This document shows positions 40,185 through 50,064 of a DNA stretch of 64,000 nt, one piece after another (within the stretch, counting starts at the first letter, position 1; every line of letters starts with the position of its first letter). The stretch lies in NCBI GenBank assembly GCA_034521595.1, contig JAXHMG010000003.1, positions 2,304,001-2,368,000 on the forward strand, in the 5' to 3' direction. The notes below the pieces were generated by a model. It was not told where the DNA came from. It saw nothing but the letters and a program-made list of their open reading frames with translations, and ran no database searches. Made by a program: the position numbers and the translations under genes. Source of the DNA: Gemmatimonadota bacterium (lineage in GTDB: Bacteria > Gemmatimonadota > Gemmatimonadetes > Longimicrobiales > Gaopeijiaceae).

Positions 40185-42017
40185 TCACCCCAACGGCACC
40201 TCCGTCGTGTGCGTGCCGCCCTTCTGACTCGTGTAGGTCAACGTGACGGTGCCGCTCCCGCTCACGATCCAGCTCACCGTGACGTCCCCGAACCCCGGGA
40301 CGCCTTCCTCCACGTGGAGCGTGGACGCGTCACCGTCCACGAGGTCGATCCGGTCACGTAGCTCACCGGCGGCGAGCCCTCCGGCTTGCACCGTCGCCCC
40401 CGAGAGCGACACCCGGTCGGGCAGACCCGCACGGTACATGCGGGCGGCGTCGCTCCGCGTGGGGATCACGCGCTCGTTCCGCATGGTCGCCGTGACCCTG
40501 TATGTGTCCCCCCGGATCGGCTCGACCTCGACCTCGCCCCAATCGAGCAGGGGCATGTGGTCGGCGTGAAAGAGGGCGAACATGGCGTTCCGGTGGGCGA
40601 GCTCCTGAAGCATGAACGGGGGCGTGGTGCGCCCGAACCACTTCGACGAGAAGCCCCCGATCTCGACCTCGCCGAGCGTCGGGTGCTCGAACGGGGTCCA
40701 GTCCTTGAAGCGCGCGCCCATGCTCAGCCGGTCGTTGAAGAAGAGCTCCTGTAGCTCCTCCGGCTCCGGAGCGTCTTCGTCCCAGGCTTCGCTGTAGAAC
40801 TGGTTACTCGACCAGAGCTCGTTGGTGAAGCTGATGACGCCGAGCGCGTCGTGCGCCCAGTCGAGCGTCCCGCCGTACACCGTGTAGAGGTCCCGCCAGA
40901 TGTTCATGTACCGGTAATACGGCAGCATGAGCTCCCCACGCGTGCCGATGTACTCGTAGATCTCGGCGTCCGCGTCGGAGTACTCGCCGGTTCCCTTGTA
41001 GTACTCGGAGCCCGGACCATAGAGGATCATCCCGCCCGAGTTATGCCAGGACTGCGCGGCCGCGATGTTCGGATGGCTCTTCAGCCACTCGCCCACGGCC
41101 CGGGTTTCGGGCCAGGAAAACGGGTACCGATACGCACCGCCCTGGACATGGGAGGGCTGCCAGTCGGAGGGGAAATCGCGGTTCATGTCGTATCCGCCGC
41201 GGGCGTCTTCCCCACGCTCGCCGTCCCCGTCCGTATCCACGGCCTCGCGCCCGAGGAAGATGTAGTCGCCGCGCTCCCCCTCCGGCGCTTCCACCATCAG
41301 TCGAGGGTCGACCGGGCTCTCCACCAGGTCTCCGCGCCCGGGCACGTGCTTGCGCATCATCCGGATCTCACCGTCGCCGTCCAGGTCATCCGGATTGTCC
41401 TCGTTCGCGCGACCATCCAGGTCGGAGTCCCACTCCGCCATTCCCGAGCGGGACGGTCCCCCCGTGTCCATGAAGTTCTGCCGCCCGTCGGGGTTCATCG
41501 TCGGGATGATGTAGAACACCCGCTCGTCGACCAGCTCCCGCACGGCGGGAATGTGGTCGTAGTTCTCCATCAGGAACCAGATGAGGTAGAGGTTGACCTC
41601 CAGTCCCTGGATCTCGTTTCCGTGGATGTTTCCGTCCACGTAAAAGGCGGCCTTCGACGTGTGCGGCCCGGTCTCGGGGTTGTTGATCGTCACCGCCCAA
41701 AGCTCCCGGCCCTCCACGGAAGTACCGGCGCTCTCCACCGTGAGGAAGTCCCCGTACGCGTCCTCGAGCCGCTCGAGCGCGTCGGTCAGGTCCTCGTGGT
41801 CGTAGTAACGATCGAAGCGGAGGTCGACGCGCGGCTCCCGGTCCGGGAACGCGAACATGCCCGACCCTCCGGTCTGGGCTTCGGCCGTTCCGACCCCGAG
41901 GGCCGGCAGCGCGGCCAGCGCGAGGCCCAAGGCCATACCCCATGCCACGGCGACTCCGCTTCCCGACACGAACCGGCCCGCGGCGTGCATCCGGAGTGCT
42001 CCATGTGAATGCCTCAT
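40185..42017 (-). CDS. M14 zinc carboxypeptidase family protein (intact active site)
   Basis: 'GNIHGNE', 'NPDG', 'NRDF', 'SWHN', 'FTNEL'. Confidence 0.9.
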   Translation of the reverse strand: MRHSHGALRMHAAGRFVSGSGVAVAWGMALGLALAALPALGVGTAEAQTGGSGMFAFPDREPRVDLRFDRYYDHEDLTDALERLEDAYGDFLTVESAGTSVEGRELWAVTINNPETGPHTSKAAFYVDGNIHGNEIQGLEVNLYLIWFLMENYDHIPAVRELVDERVFYIIPTMNPDGRQNFMDTGGPSRSGMAEWDSDLDGRANEDNPDDLDGDGEIRMMRKHVPGRGDLVESPVDPRLMVEAPEGERGDYIFLGREAVDTDGDGERGEDARGGYDMNRDFPSDWQPSHVQGGAYRYPFSWPETRAVGEWLKSHPNIAAAQSWHNSGGMILYGPGSEYYKGTGEYSDADAEIYEYIGTRGELMLPYYRYMNIWRDLYTVYGGTLDWAHDALGVISFTNELWSSNQFYSEAWDEDAPEPEELQELFFNDRLSMGARFKDWTPFEHPTLGEVEIGGFSSKWFGRTTPPFMLQELAHRNAMFALFHADHMPLLDWGEVEVEPIRGDTYRVTATMRNERVIPTRSDAARMYRAGLPDRVSLSGATVQAGGLAAGELRDRIDLVDGDASTLHVEEGVPGFGDVTVSWIVSGSGTVTLTYTSQKGGTHTTEVPLG

Positions 42018-43717
42018 CGGTCCTCTCCTCCTCCCAGCGTGACGGGCACCGTGATCGAGCCACCCGCCCGCTCGGCGAACACCTCTATCGCGGCGGAAAC
42101 GCCGGGCTCTCCCGTCACGAGCCAGCTGAACTCCGCTCGCCCCCCCATCCCTTCGATTCTGGGGATCTGGTGTTGCATGTCGTCACTCAGGAGGTCCAAG
42201 TCGTCGTTCGGCACGAGCCGCACGTTGATCGGCCGGTTGAACCGGATGCGCTCAGCCAGATCGAGCTGAGTCGGGAAGTACGCCTCGTTCGCGAGCGTGG
42301 CGGTGATCCGCCACACACCCTGGCCTCGGGCTTCCACCTCGACATCGACCACCTCCACTTCCGGAAGACGGTTCCCCAGCCACAGGGCGAACTCCGCGTG
42401 CCGGTCCAGAAGTCCGTCGAGCTCCGATGCCGGAGGATTGACGCGCGCATTGGGCGCGAACCCTCCGACCTCCACCTCGCCGAGCTGCGGATGCGTGGCG
42501 GGCCTCCAATCCACGTAGCCGTCCACGCCGACCGAATCGAACAGGGCCAACCAGCGCGCATCGACCGGCTCGGAGCCGGCCGGTGGGGACCAGACGGGGG
42601 TCGTGAAGGACGGCAGGCCCATCTGGTAGTACGCGAACTGCGGGAAGGAGCCACCCTCATTGGGCGCCCCCTCGCCGCTCAGGCCCGTCAGCTCCCGGAA
42701 CCGCTCGCTCACGTACTCGAAGTACGGCCGGTCGTCCGCCGTCAGATTCGTCGGCACGCGAGGCGGGTTACCGGTCACCGCGGGCGGAGGTTGGCGGTCC
42801 TCCGGAGTGGGTGAGCGCAGATTGTCGAACGCCGAGAAGGTGAGCACCGCCGCAATGTTCGGGTGCTCGAACACGAAGTCGACCAGCGCCCGCGACTCCA
42901 CCTCGCTGACCATGTGCGGGCCCACGTGCGGCTCGAAGTACTGGTACTCGTGCTGGAAGTTCAGGTTGAGATTCACGCCGTCGCCGCCCAACGGGACGTA
43001 CGCGTCCAGGCTGTCGGGATGGATGCCCTCGGCCATCACCTCGTACACGCCGCCCTCCTCCCGGGCGGGCATGGCTTCCCGCAGGAGCCGCGGGTCTTCT
43101 TCGCGCTCCACCAGCTCGCCTTCCGGAGACCGTACACGCATCCGCGTCACGAGTCCGTCGCCGTCCAGGTCTCGACCGAACTCACGCGCATTGAGGCCAC
43201 CCCGCGCCGTGTTTCCCTGGTACGGCTTGTACGCCGTCTCATGGCTCGGGAGCGTGAAGACCAACTCGGCGCCGTCCGGGTTCGCGCGGGGGATCAGATA
43301 CACCGTCCGGGTATCGAGCATGTTGGTGACGGCGTCGTCGGAACCGTACGCATCGAGGAGCCGTTCCGCGACCCGGAGCACGGCGTGGGAGCCGGCCACC
43401 CGGTTCGCTTCGAGGTTGCCCACGACGAGGAGCGCCGGGCGCTGGTCCAGCGCCCGTCCCGACTCGGAGCCGAGGGTGAGGAGCCACACGTCACGCCCGC
43501 CCTCGGAGCGCGCCAGGCTCGAGACACGGGCCAGCTCGTCGCCTTCGTCGGCGAGCTCGTCCACCGCGGAAGTGAGCGCTTCGTAGTCCATGTACGCGTC
43601 CGCGGACTGTGCGCCCACGGCGGCCGGCATCCAGCCGGCCACTAGAGCGGCAGCCGAGGCTCTGACCGCCCAGGTGACCCAACCGCCCCCCCTTCCCCTC
43701 ACGACCGATCGTACCAT
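42014..43717 (-). CDS. M14 carboxypeptidase-like protein with degenerate active site
   Basis: Same layout ('PRANPDG', 'DLDGDG', 'GEVEVGGF'), but HxxE is replaced by 'LEANR' and the other catalytic residues are absent. Confidence 0.8.
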   Translation of the reverse strand: MVRSVVRGRGGGWVTWAVRASAAALVAGWMPAAVGAQSADAYMDYEALTSAVDELADEGDELARVSSLARSEGGRDVWLLTLGSESGRALDQRPALLVVGNLEANRVAGSHAVLRVAERLLDAYGSDDAVTNMLDTRTVYLIPRANPDGAELVFTLPSHETAYKPYQGNTARGGLNAREFGRDLDGDGLVTRMRVRSPEGELVEREEDPRLLREAMPAREEGGVYEVMAEGIHPDSLDAYVPLGGDGVNLNLNFQHEYQYFEPHVGPHMVSEVESRALVDFVFEHPNIAAVLTFSAFDNLRSPTPEDRQPPPAVTGNPPRVPTNLTADDRPYFEYVSERFRELTGLSGEGAPNEGGSFPQFAYYQMGLPSFTTPVWSPPAGSEPVDARWLALFDSVGVDGYVDWRPATHPQLGEVEVGGFAPNARVNPPASELDGLLDRHAEFALWLGNRLPEVEVVDVEVEARGQGVWRITATLANEAYFPTQLDLAERIRFNRPINVRLVPNDDLDLLSDDMQHQIPRIEGMGGRAEFSWLVTGEPGVSAAIEVFAERAGGSITVPVTLGGGEDR

Positions 43718-43959
43718 GCTGTTCACGTCCTTCCGGGAATGACCGATACACCCGCGCTCGGTCGGCGCGGTCCGTAGCGTCCAGCTTGTAAGGTGTGGGT
43801 CAGGCGGAACAGACGCCAGCGAAACGAGCGACGGATCGCCTTTCGGTGGCACCCGAGCGCACGCTCGATCCCCGGACTCCCGCAGGCTCCCCTCACGCGC
43901 TCGGCACCTTCTTGCCGACCTCCGGCGCGCCGCGCATCCTGAATCCATCAGCTGACAGC

Positions 43960-44232
43960 CTAGCAGCCCGTGGCAGAAGTCTGGTGGGTCGCGCACGAGG
44001 GTCTTGCGGATATCGTACAAGGAAGAGCGACGAATGCGATGCCGAAGCATGGGGAGGAGCTATGACGTACGATGCCGCAACCCCTCGTGCCCTTCGGTTG
44101 GGCGGCACGGCCCCATCTCCGTCGTTGCCACTCCTCGACGTAGCTCAGGGCTATGCCTTCGTCGTGTCGCCTAGGGTCTGGGGCCGTGGCGCTCCCAACG
44201 CGACCCACCAGACTTCTGCCACGGGCTGCTAG
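43960..44232. mobile_element. MITE-like non-autonomous element with perfect terminal inverted repeats
   Basis: 43959-43993 is the exact reverse complement of 44199-44233 (35 bp); CTAG at both ends; no transposase inside; internal hairpins. Confidence 0.75.
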
Positions 44233-44243
44233 GAGACACCGCG

Positions 44244-45098
44244 ATGAACACGTCCCGAACCACGTCACGCAGCATCTTCCTCACCGGAGGCACCGGATAC
44301 ATCGGGAGCGCCGTGGCGCGGGGTCTGGCTGCGGCGGGCCACCACATACGAGCGCTCGCGCACCACCAAGGCGCGGTCGAAGCCTTTGAGAAACAGGGAT
44401 GGGAGCCCGTGCGAGGAGGGCTCCGCGACCTCGACATCCTCGCTTCCGCGGCCCGCGAAGCGGAGGCCGTGGTGCACGCCGCGAACACCGGCGACGAGAA
44501 GGCAGCCGAGGTGGATGACGCGGCCGCCCGCATGTTCCTGGACGCGCTGGACGGTAGCGACCGTGTCTTCATCTACACGAGCGGAGTCTGGGTGCTCGGC
44601 CCCGGCACGGCGGACGAGCGCTCCGAGCCGGACCCCATCGCCCTCGCCACCTGGCGGGCGCCGCTGGAGCACGAGATCCTGCAGGCGAAAGACCGGGGCG
44701 TCCACACGGTCGTCTTGCGACCGGGCGTCGTCTGGGATGGCGGCGGGGGCCTCCCCGGCATGCTCGGACGAGAGGAGCTCCCCGTCGTCGGTGACGGCAC
44801 GCAGCGGTGGCCGTTGGTGCATCTGGACGACCTCACGGACCTCTACCTACGCGCGCTCGACGCACCCGCAGGCTCGATCCTGCACGGGATCACGGACACC
44901 GCGACCATGAACGAGATCGCGGCCTGGGCACGAGTCGAGGCCGGGCGTGCCGGACCGGCCCCATCCGTCGGCATGGAGGAAGCGCGATCCACCCTCGGAG
45001 CGTTCAGCGAGGCCCTGGCTCTGGACCAGGTGGTCGACGCGGAAGCCACGCGTCGCCTCACGGGTTGGGCGCCCCGGCACACGTTCCCCGCACCGTGA
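44244..45098 (+). CDS. NAD-dependent epimerase/dehydratase family protein
   Basis: 'FLTGGTGYIG', 'YTSG', 'LRPGVV', 'VHLDDL'. Confidence 0.88.
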   Translation: MNTSRTTSRSIFLTGGTGYIGSAVARGLAAAGHHIRALAHHQGAVEAFEKQGWEPVRGGLRDLDILASAAREAEAVVHAANTGDEKAAEVDDAAARMFLDALDGSDRVFIYTSGVWVLGPGTADERSEPDPIALATWRAPLEHEILQAKDRGVHTVVLRPGVVWDGGGGLPGMLGREELPVVGDGTQRWPLVHLDDLTDLYLRALDAPAGSILHGITDTATMNEIAAWARVEAGRAGPAPSVGMEEARSTLGAFSEALALDQVVDAEATRRLTGWAPRHTFPAP

Positions 45099-45122
45099 AG
45101 GCGCCGTGTTCAGCGTGGTCGC

Positions 45123-47201
45123 TCAGACCAGGTCCCGGAGGATCGTCTCATCCCAGTTCCGCGTATAGACCCGCCTGTCGCCCTCGAACGCGTCCAGGCT
45201 GGCCCAGATGTGGAAATGGGTGGGCGTGGAGGTGAGCACGGTTCGGGTCTCGGTCCGGACGGACCACCCCTTCCGACGTAGCTCCCAGCTCCATCGAGCC
45301 TCCCCGCACACGCTGTCGAAGTCGTCCGCCACCGACGAATACTCCTCTTCGGCCCGCACCCGGTGGATCAGGTCGGCATGGGGGAGCCGGTAGGTGCCCG
45401 GGTCGTTCACCACCTCCAGGGTCGACGCGTCGGTGGCCAGGTCTCGGTGCACGAACCAGTTGTGCTCCGGGGGCTCGACCATCTTTTTGGCCAACGGTCG
45501 CGCACCCTCCGGATGTCCGAACGCCGGAAGGCTGGAGTCCTCCGGACGTTCGGGACGCTCGGGGAGGCGAAGCACGCTCGTTCCGGTCCGGACGTGGAGC
45601 GTCGCGGGCTCGGGCGGAGGCCAGGCCAGGGGCCAGTACGACGTGGAGATGGCCAAGCGAATCCGGTGGCCGGAGGGGAATGACTGGGCGACCTCGTTCA
45701 TCCGCACCGTGACCCGGTAGTAACGACCGGGCTCGACGGGCTCGGGCTCCTCACTGCCGTCCCTGTGCGTCAGGTTCAAAAGCCCGTACGTGATCCGCGT
45801 GGCCTTGCCGTCCGGGCGGATGTCGGAAAGGCGTACGGCGACCATGGCGACGGGCCGGTCGGAGGTGAGGTCCAGCTCCAGCTCCGGCGCCCCCAGAATG
45901 TCGAATCCCTCGTCCAGCGGGCCGGTCTGAAACACCAGCGCTCCACCGTCCTCCTGGCGCTGGTCGTGGGCCAGGTCGGGCCCCGCCGCGTAGGAGCACC
46001 ACTTGCCGGCGAAGAGGCCGGTGGTAAGAGGGGACTGGATCGCGATGTCCCTGACGTCCACCCCGTCCGGCGAAGCTGCCCCCTCCTCTCCCTCGTCGCT
46101 CGCGGGGACCAGGTGAACGCCGGGAGCCAACCGGTACCGGCGGTCCCGGATCCGGGGCGATGGCCAGGCGTCCTCGGCCACCCAGTGTCCCGGCCGGTGA
46201 TCGTAGGAGGTGGTGGGCGGAACGCTGTCCTGCATCCAAGCCCGAAGCATGGGCTCACGGTCGATTTCGTTCTCTTCGTTCCGCAGCCATCGGTCCCACC
46301 ACCGAACCGCCTCCTGGAGGAACCCGATAGCGGGACCCGGAACCCCGAGATGCGGATATTTGTGGCTCCAGGGACCCACCAACGCCTTCCGCGGAACATC
46401 CAGGTTCCGGAGAAGCCGAAACACGGCGTTCGAGTATCCGTCAGCCCATCCGCTCACGGCGTAGACGGGTACCTGGATCGCCCCGTAGTCCTCGCACACG
46501 GAGCCATGCTTCCAGTAGTCGTCCCGACGCTGATGCCGAAGCCATTTCTCGAGCCAGAGGCCACTTCCGTCCAACCGCTCCCGCCACATCTCCCGCCAGG
46601 CGGGACCCACGATCTTCGGGTCCGGTGGCAGGCTGTTGAAGGCGAACATCGTCGAAGCCCACGACAGGTTGTCCCCGAGGAGGCATCCTCCCATGTGATG
46701 GATGTCGTCGGAGTACCGGTCGTCGGTGGAACAGACCGTGATGATCGCCCCCAGCTCCGGAGGGCGGAGGGCCGCGACCTGGAGCGCGTTGAACCCGCCC
46801 CAGGAGATCCCCATCATCCCCACGGACCCGCTGCACCAGGGTTGTTGGGCGATCCAGCGGAGCACGTCCAAAGCGTCTTCCTGCTCCTGCCGGAGGTACT
46901 CGTCCTCCAGGACGCCCTCCGAGTCCCCCGAACCGCGCAGATCCACCCGCACGCCGGCATAGCCGTGCCCGGCGAAGTAGTGGTGAGCGATCGAGTCCTG
47001 CCTCGCCTCCACATCCCGCTTCCGGTAGGGGATGTACTCGAGGACCGCCGGCACCGGGTCCGCCTCGGCTCCCGCGGGAAGCCAGAGCTTGGCCGCCAGC
47101 CGGGTCCCGTCCGGCAGGGGGATCCAGACATTCTCAACGACCCGAACCTGGTGGGGGAAATCGGTCACCGGCCGGAGAAGGGGCGTCTCGGTGTCGGTCA
47201 C
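45123..47201 (-). CDS. CocE/NonD family hydrolase (peptidase S15-like)
   Basis: 'EYIPYRK', 'DLRGSGDSEG', nucleophile 'GISWGG', 'GWADGY', 'GPWSH'; GTG start overlaps the upstream stop. Confidence 0.92.
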   Translation of the reverse strand: MTDTETPLLRPVTDFPHQVRVVENVWIPLPDGTRLAAKLWLPAGAEADPVPAVLEYIPYRKRDVEARQDSIAHHYFAGHGYAGVRVDLRGSGDSEGVLEDEYLRQEQEDALDVLRWIAQQPWCSGSVGMMGISWGGFNALQVAALRPPELGAIITVCSTDDRYSDDIHHMGGCLLGDNLSWASTMFAFNSLPPDPKIVGPAWREMWRERLDGSGLWLEKWLRHQRRDDYWKHGSVCEDYGAIQVPVYAVSGWADGYSNAVFRLLRNLDVPRKALVGPWSHKYPHLGVPGPAIGFLQEAVRWWDRWLRNEENEIDREPMLRAWMQDSVPPTTSYDHRPGHWVAEDAWPSPRIRDRRYRLAPGVHLVPASDEGEEGAASPDGVDVRDIAIQSPLTTGLFAGKWCSYAAGPDLAHDQRQEDGGALVFQTGPLDEGFDILGAPELELDLTSDRPVAMVAVRLSDIRPDGKATRITYGLLNLTHRDGSEEPEPVEPGRYYRVTVRMNEVAQSFPSGHRIRLAISTSYWPLAWPPPEPATLHVRTGTSVLRLPERPERPEDSSLPAFGHPEGARPLAKKMVEPPEHNWFVHRDLATDASTLEVVNDPGTYRLPHADLIHRVRAEEEYSSVADDFDSVCGEARWSWELRRKGWSVRTETRTVLTSTPTHFHIWASLDAFEGDRRVYTRNWDETILRDLV

Positions 47202-49900
47202 GCTTCCGCCGCCCCCGGGGCCGGCTCGGAGGCCACGGGCTCGATATCGAAGGGCAGCTCGGCCACGCACCACCGGTAGCGTTCCAGCAGCTCCCGCTGG
47301 TTGCGAGCGCCGACGTAGACGATGGCGAGGGCATAGCTGTAGCTGTCTTGCTCGAAGAGCTCCGAAAGCCGCATCCCTGGCGCGACCTGTAGCTGAACCA
47401 CCGTGCCCGGGATCCGCTCCTCCACGGCCCGGATCGTTTCCGGATCGGGCACGCTACGAACGATCCCGTCCTGGAATCGCCGGATGAAGAACGTGGCAGC
47501 CCTGGCGAACGCCCCTTCGCGACTCGGGATTCGAGGCTTGCGACCGAGCCCGATCTCGACGGGCACCTGGTGGTTCGTCACCCCATCCACCTTCTCGAAT
47601 AGGTCACTGTGATGTTGGGCTACCCGGGTATTGATCTCCACGAGTCGGATCACGTCCCGACGCTGGTCCCACTCGAACTCCATGTTGAAGGCCGAGTGGT
47701 CGAAGCCGACCTGCTCCAAAATCCGCCGTCCCACGTCGACCATCCGACTTCTGACGCTCGTGGGGAGGAGGGTAGGGTACTCGTAACGGGCGAACGTGGA
47801 GCGGTTGCGCTCCCGGATCGAGTCCACGATTCCGTGATACCCCATCTCCCCCTGATACATCCATCCTTCCAGGGTGCACTCCCGTCCCGAGATGATCTCC
47901 TCGGCAATGCAGTAATGTCCGTCCACCCCCTCGACCTCCGGCGGAAGGTCCGCCTGCTCGAGGACGAAATTGAACGGCTCGGCGATTTGGCTGATAGCAG
48001 CGCGGATCCTCGCGATGGCCCGGGCAAGGTCCTTGCGGTTCCCGATCCGGAAGCCCATTTGGGAAGCGACGCTCTTCACGGGCTTGATCCAGAAGGGGTA
48101 CGGAAGGGGAATGTCGGCTACGGACGCGTCGTCGAAGGGATTCACCGGGGCGAAGGCCGGCACGTGCTCGGGGATCGCCTTTTTCTGTTCGAGCCGGCTC
48201 CAGTACTTGTGCTCGCAGCGGAGCACGCTCTCCAGCGTGGGGGATCGCACCCCGAAGCGCCGGCAGAGAATGGGAAGCATGGTGCTGACGGGAAAATCCA
48301 TGTACCCGACGACGGCGTCGATCGGCCCATCGAACGCCGAGAGTCGACGCTCGGCCCGGCGTAGATAGTCGGGGAGATCGTAGTTCTTGGGCTCCTCCAG
48401 GAGACTGTGGAACGTGCAGTCGGCGGCGCTGTCGAGCCGTTCGAGCTTCGTGCGATTGAACTCGTTGAGTCCTACGAGGAAGACATTCCTCTTCCGCTGC
48501 GCACCTTCCGCCGGGGCAGGTTCGTCCTCCCTGCGGTGTTCCTTGACCCGGGTGCTCACCACATGTCGGCTCCCGCGGGTCGCTTCCTCCCAGCCGAACG
48601 TCCCACCCGTCGCCTCGTCCAGGAACGTGAATGGAAGGGTCTCCGTGACCGTTCGGTGGCGCTCCATGAGCTCGCGCTGGCTCCCGGCCCCCAGGTGGAC
48701 CCTGGCGTAGATATAGCTGTAGCTGTCCTGGTCCTGGGGATCCATCTCGGAGAGCCGCATCCCGGGCTCGAGCGGTACTTCGACGACCGTCCCCGGCAGT
48801 TCTTCGGCGAGTCGATCCAGCTCCACGGCCGTGGGGGTCCGGATGGCGCGGGCGTCCCGGAAGCTGCGGAGAAAGAACTTCCCCGCCCGGTTGAACGTGC
48901 CACCCCCCTTCGTCCATTCGGGTCGGCGTCCGAGGGCCAGATCCACCGCCACCCGATGGTGCGGCGCTCCGTCCACCTTACTGAAGAGATCCCCGTGGGA
49001 CTGAGAGATCCTCGGATTGATCTCGAGCAACCAGATTCGATCCCGGGCAGCGTCCCAGAAGAGCTCCATGTTGAAGGGAGCGTCGTCGAGCTCAATCCAC
49101 GAAACCACCCGACGGGCCAGCTCGATCATCCGACCCTGGACCGCCCGGGGCAGCCGCGAGGGGTATTCGTAGCGCGAGAAGGTGGACCGATTCGCATGCC
49201 GGATCGAATCCACCACGCCGTAGACCTCCACCTCGCCCCGGTGAACGAATCCCTCCAACGTGCACTGTGACCCCGAGATGAGTCCCTCGGCCACGCAGTG
49301 GAGGCCGCCTACCTCCGCGATCTCCGCCGGCAGCTCCGCCCGCTCCAGGAACGCGTTGAACGGCTCTCCCAGGTCCCCGATCCCTTCCCGGATCGCCTTG
49401 ACGGCATCCCGCAGGTCGTTCCGGTGTCGGATCCGGAAGCCGAGATGCGAGGCGAACGACTTCACGGGCTTCAACCAAAAGGGGAAGTCGAGCTCGATCG
49501 CCGCCACGGCCTCGTCGTCGAACGGATCCACGGCGACGAACGGCGGCACGTGGTCCGGAGCCGCCGCCCGCTGCTCCACCCGGCTCCAGTACTTGTGCTC
49601 GCAGCGAAGGACGCTTTCGTAGGAGGGGCCCCGGAGACCGAACCGCCGACAGAGCAGGGACACCATCAGACTCACCGGAAAATCCCAGTAGCCGATGATC
49701 GCGTCGGCCCCGCCCGGGGTCTCCGAGATGATCCGGCTCGCCTCTTCCAGGCGCTCCTCGAGAGGGAAGCCGCGGAAAGCGGTCACCTCGTCGAGGCTCA
49801 GCAGGGGAAGGAAGCGAAGGTCCCGGTCGCCCGCACTCAGGGTCTCCAGCTTCTCGTGGTTGAAGTCGTCGAGGCCGACGACGAAGATGTTTGCCGGCAT
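47198..49900 (-). CDS. Tandem double ATP-grasp ligase-like protein (900 aa)
   Basis: Two homologous ~420-aa modules, each with 'LRCEHKYWSR', 'PFWxKPVKS', 'CTLEG', 'FNME', 'EINxR', 'QDSYSY'. Confidence 0.88.
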   Translation of the reverse strand: MPANIFVVGLDDFNHEKLETLSAGDRDLRFLPLLSLDEVTAFRGFPLEERLEEASRIISETPGGADAIIGYWDFPVSLMVSLLCRRFGLRGPSYESVLRCEHKYWSRVEQRAAAPDHVPPFVAVDPFDDEAVAAIELDFPFWLKPVKSFASHLGFRIRHRNDLRDAVKAIREGIGDLGEPFNAFLERAELPAEIAEVGGLHCVAEGLISGSQCTLEGFVHRGEVEVYGVVDSIRHANRSTFSRYEYPSRLPRAVQGRMIELARRVVSWIELDDAPFNMELFWDAARDRIWLLEINPRISQSHGDLFSKVDGAPHHRVAVDLALGRRPEWTKGGGTFNRAGKFFLRSFRDARAIRTPTAVELDRLAEELPGTVVEVPLEPGMRLSEMDPQDQDSYSYIYARVHLGAGSQRELMERHRTVTETLPFTFLDEATGGTFGWEEATRGSRHVVSTRVKEHRREDEPAPAEGAQRKRNVFLVGLNEFNRTKLERLDSAADCTFHSLLEEPKNYDLPDYLRRAERRLSAFDGPIDAVVGYMDFPVSTMLPILCRRFGVRSPTLESVLRCEHKYWSRLEQKKAIPEHVPAFAPVNPFDDASVADIPLPYPFWIKPVKSVASQMGFRIGNRKDLARAIARIRAAISQIAEPFNFVLEQADLPPEVEGVDGHYCIAEEIISGRECTLEGWMYQGEMGYHGIVDSIRERNRSTFARYEYPTLLPTSVRSRMVDVGRRILEQVGFDHSAFNMEFEWDQRRDVIRLVEINTRVAQHHSDLFEKVDGVTNHQVPVEIGLGRKPRIPSREGAFARAATFFIRRFQDGIVRSVPDPETIRAVEERIPGTVVQLQVAPGMRLSELFEQDSYSYALAIVYVGARNQRELLERYRWCVAELPFDIEPVASEPAPGAAEA

Positions 49901-50064
49901 GACGGACGTTTACCTCCCGGGTGGAAACGGATCCTGCGAACGGCGATCCTGACCCTCCGCAACTTGGCGGGCCGCTCGTCGATTTGCCAGCTTCGACCGT
50001 CGGGAACGAGCCGCGCGACGCTCCGTCACTCGCCGCCGCCCTAGCGTCGTCCGGGTCACCCGAC

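Noticed and set aside
43718-44050. N-terminal extension of the M14-like ORF into the inverted-repeat element
   Set aside because: Reads through the MITE end and intergenic DNA; the signal peptide starts at 43717.
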